The notes beneath the pieces were generated by a model, which saw nothing but the letters and a program-made list of their open reading frames with translations, searched no databases and was not told the DNA's origin. This document shows, in pieces, positions 59,430-64,000 of a stretch of DNA of 64,000 bases (positions within the stretch are counted from its first letter, which is position 1; each line of letters begins with the position of its first letter). The stretch lies in assembly GCF_001677475.2 (NCBI RefSeq), contig NZ_CP015229.1; one strand, written 5' to 3'. A program made the position numbers and the translations under genes. The DNA is from Escherichia coli. GTDB lineage: Bacteria > Pseudomonadota > Gammaproteobacteria > Enterobacterales > Enterobacteriaceae.

Positions 59430-59690
59430 TCAATAAAATATCCACAGCGACGCGATGCGTTATTGCTGGTTTTTGTTGTCTCTGACAAACTCTTGTAAAC
59501 AGAGTTATCCACAGCCTCAGTCCGTAATCTTAATTTCAAAGAAACTTCGCACGGTGAATAGTATTTTTTTAACCTATTGATAGGTAAGTTAAAAATTAAG
59601 ATTCCGTTTTGTCGAGTCGATCACTTGACGATTTTATTCGTCTTGAATTGCAATGCGTTTTTATTTTTATTCACAAGCTGTGGATGAATC
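59430..59690. other. datA: DnaA-box cluster with central IHF site, consistent with the datA DnaA-inactivation/titration locus
   Basis: Four DnaA-box 9-mers: ATATCCACA (59438..59446), consensus TTATCCACA (59505..59513), TTATTCACA (59667..59675) and, inverted, TCATCCACA (59679..59687); an IHF-consensus site lies between them; position between the tRNA-Gly array and the queG 3' end. Confidence 0.65.
59570..59582. promoter_or_regulatory. IHF consensus site within the DnaA-box cluster
   Basis: TAACCTATTGATA is the reverse complement of the IHF consensus WATCAANNNNTTR, with an adjacent upstream T-tract (59563..59570). Confidence 0.5.
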
Positions 59691-60826
59691 AGGCGTCACG
59701 CGGTAACCCTTTTTCAATCACCCGAACCAGACGCTGTTTTTTCGGCAATTGCACTTCGACTATGCACGCATTTCGCCTCTCGATTTGCTGCGCCATCGCC
59801 CACGCTATGTGCTCATCAAGAAGTGGGTGCTCACCTTTGCGACTCTCCAGCGCCGCCAGAATCGTTTCATCCCAGGGGGCATTGCCTAATGCCACGGCGA
59901 TATTACGCAGCCAGCGCAGGTGACCTATACGGCGAATCGCCGATCCTTCCGTGACTTTTAAAAACTTCTCTTCGCTCCAGGCGAATAACTCAATGAGTTC
60001 CGGTGCGTGTAGCGGCTTACGCGGGCTGAAATCGTCTTCTGTAGTGAGTTGCGAATAGCGATTCCACGGGCAGATAAGCTGGCAGTCATCGCAACCGTAA
60101 ATACGGTTTCCCATTAACGGTCGCAACTCTTCCGGGATCGCCCCTTCCAGTTCGATGGTGAGATAAGAGATACAGCGGCGAGCATCGACGGTATATGGCT
60201 CGACGATGGCACCGGTCGGGCAAATCGTCATACAGGCCACGCATTTACCGCATCCTTCCTCGACTGGTTGATCCACGGGCAGCGGAATATCGACCAGCAA
60301 TTCGCCTAAAAAGAAGAACGAACCGGCCTCGCGATTGAGGATAAGTGAGTGCTTACCTGTCCAGCCGAGCCCAGCTTTTTCAGCTAACGGGCGCTCGAGA
60401 ATAGGCGCAGAATCGACAAACGGTCTAAAATTCAGCGAAACACAATGTTGCTGAATCATCTCGCCCAGCTTTTTGAGTCGGTTGCGCAGAAGCTTGTGAT
60501 AGTCACGGCCCAGCGCATAACGGCTAACATAGCCGAGTTTGGGGTTTTTCAGCGTGCTGGCAAATGCGGCGTTAGCAGGAAGGTAATTCATCCGCACGCT
60601 GATCACGCGCAGCGTACCGGGCAATAACTCATGGGGGCGAGCGCGCAGCATACCGTGACGCGCCATCCAGTCCATTTCGCCGTGGTATTGTTTGTCCAGC
60701 CATGCTTGCAGTTTTGGCTCGGACTCGCTGAGATCGGTATCGGTAATACCTACCTGCTGAAAGCCCAGTTCCAGCCCCCACTGTTTAATTTTTTGCGCTA
60801 ACTGATTGAGATCGAGGGGCTCTGAC

Positions 60827-60828
<2 letters not shown>
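59689..60828 (-). CDS. queG: Epoxyqueuosine reductase QueG (YjeS), 379 aa
   Basis: ORF 59689..60936 recognised as QueG (ferredoxin-like Cys clusters CGKCVACMTICP and CDDCQLICPWN); the recognised N-terminus MSEPLDLNQLAQKIKQWG starts at ATG 60828..60826. Confidence 0.88.
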
Positions 60829-62807
<1,979 letters not shown>

Positions 62808-62825
62808 CCTTTGAAAGGTGGCAGG

Positions 62826-64000
62826 ATGATGTATCGCATCAGAAATTGGTTGGTAGCGACGTTGCTGCTGCTGTGCGCGCAGGTGGGTGCCGCGACGCTC
62901 TCTGATATTCAGGTTTCTAACGGTAATCAACAGGCGCGGATAACGTTAAGTTTTATTGGCGATCCTGACTATGCATTTAGCCATCAAAGCAAACGCACCG
63001 TGGCGCTCGATATCAAACAAACGGGCGTGATTCAGGGGCTGCCGTTGTTGTTCAGCGGTAATAATCTGGTGAAGGCGATTCGCTCTGGAACGCCAAAAGA
63101 TGCGCAAACGCTGCGGCTGGTGGTCGATCTTACCGAAAATGGTAAAACCGAAGCGGTGAAGCGGCAGAATGGCAGCAATTACACCGTCGTCTTTACGATT
63201 AATGCCGATGCGCCACCACCGCCTCCGCCGCCGCCCGTGGTTGCTAAACGTGTTGAAACGCCTGCGGTTGTCGCACCGCGCGTCAGCGAACCGGCGCGTA
63301 ATCCGTTTAAAACCGAGAGCAACCGGGCTACGGGTGTCATCAGTAGCAATACGGTGACGCGTCCGGCAGCGCGCGCGACGGCTAACACTGGCGAAAAAAT
63401 TGTCATCGCCATTGATGCCGGACACGGTGGTCAGGATCCTGGCGCTATCGGCCCTGGCGGTACGCGGGAGAAAAATGTCACCATCGCCATCGCGCGTAAA
63501 TTGCGTACTTTGCTCAATGATGATCCGATGTTTAAGGGCGTTTTAACCCGTGACGGGGATTACTTTATCTCGGTGATGGGGCGCAGCGATGTGGCACGTA
63601 AGCAAAACGCCAATTTCCTCGTGTCGATTCACGCTGATGCCGCACCGAACCGCAGTGCGACTGGCGCTTCCGTATGGGTGCTCTCTAACCGTCGCGCCAA
63701 CAGCGAAATGGCCAGCTGGCTGGAGCAGCACGAGAAACAGTCGGAGCTGCTGGGCGGGGCGGGTGATGTGCTGGCGAACAGTCAGTCTGACCCCTATTTA
63801 AGCCAGGCGGTGCTGGATTTACAGTTCGGTCATTCCCAGCGGGTAGGGTATGATGTAGCGACCAGTATGATCAGTCAGTTGCAACGCATTGGCGAAATAC
63901 ATAAACGTCGGCCAGAACATGCCAGCCTTGGCGTTCTGCGTTCGCCGGATATCCCATCAGTACTGGTCGAAACCGGTTTTATCAGCAACAACAGCGAAGA
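62826..64000 (+). CDS. amiB: N-acetylmuramoyl-L-alanine amidase AmiB, N-terminal 391 codons; continues past the window end
   Basis: ATG 62826 opens a frame with no stop in the window: [43 protein letters not shown]...[14 protein letters not shown]..., recognised as AmiB; 18 nt after tsaE. Confidence 0.93.
   Translation, partial: MMYRIRNWLVATLLLLCAQVGAATLSDIQVSNGNQQARITLSFIGDPDYAFSHQSKRTVALDIKQTGVIQGLPLLFSGNNLVKAIRSGTPKDAQTLRLVVDLTENGKTEAVKRQNGSNYTVVFTINADAPPPPPPPPVVAKRVETPAVVAPRVSEPARNPFKTESNRATGVISSNTVTRPAARATANTGEKIVIAIDAGHGGQDPGAIGPGGTREKNVTIAIARKLRTLLNDDPMFKGVLTRDGDYFISVMGRSDVARKQNANFLVSIHADAAPNRSATGASVWVLSNRRANSEMASWLEQHEKQSELLGGAGDVLANSQSDPYLSQAVLDLQFGHSQRVGYDVATSMISQLQRIGEIHKRRPEHASLGVLRSPDIPSVLVETGFISNNSE

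Overview
The window reads as one contiguous, syntenic stretch of an Escherichia coli-type chromosome (the roughly 94-min region), running basS(partial)-basR-eptA, adiC-adiY-adiA, melR/melAB, yjdF, fumB-dcuB, dcuRS, yjdIJ, ghoST, lysU, dtpC, cadCBA, tRNA-Phe, yjdC, dsbD-cutA, dcuA-aspA, fxsA, yjeH, groES-groEL, yjeI, yjeJ, epmB/efp, ecnAB, gdx, blc, ampC, frdABCD, epmA, yjeM, mscM-psd, rsgA, orn, three tRNA-Gly, queG/nnr-tsaE-amiB(partial). Gene identities were assigned by recognising the translated ORFs; several ORF-track entries are N-terminally over-extended and I give the start I consider most likely. I found no IS elements, integrases, CRISPR arrays or unexplained multi-gene block, so I cannot support a claim of a novel system here; almost all coding capacity is accounted for by well-known core genes. 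The most noteworthy signals not explained by the gene list are: a cluster of four DnaA-box 9-mers plus an IHF-consensus site between the tRNA-Gly array and queG (consistent with the datA locus); a tandem ACGR-loop hairpin pair upstream of gdx (guanidine-II riboswitch architecture); the ampC promoter and attenuator embedded in the frdD 3' end; the ghoS/ghoT toxin-antitoxin pair, whose toxin ORF is too short for the ORF track; the entericidin pair; an 18-bp perfect inverted repeat in the melAB promoter; and a PmrA-box palindrome upstream of eptA. Lower-confidence leads are an AT-rich stretch between cadC and the 3' end of tRNA-Phe, the low-GC orphan yjeJ, and an 18-codon candidate sORF between dcuS and yjdI. 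All coordinates were counted by hand and no database search was run.
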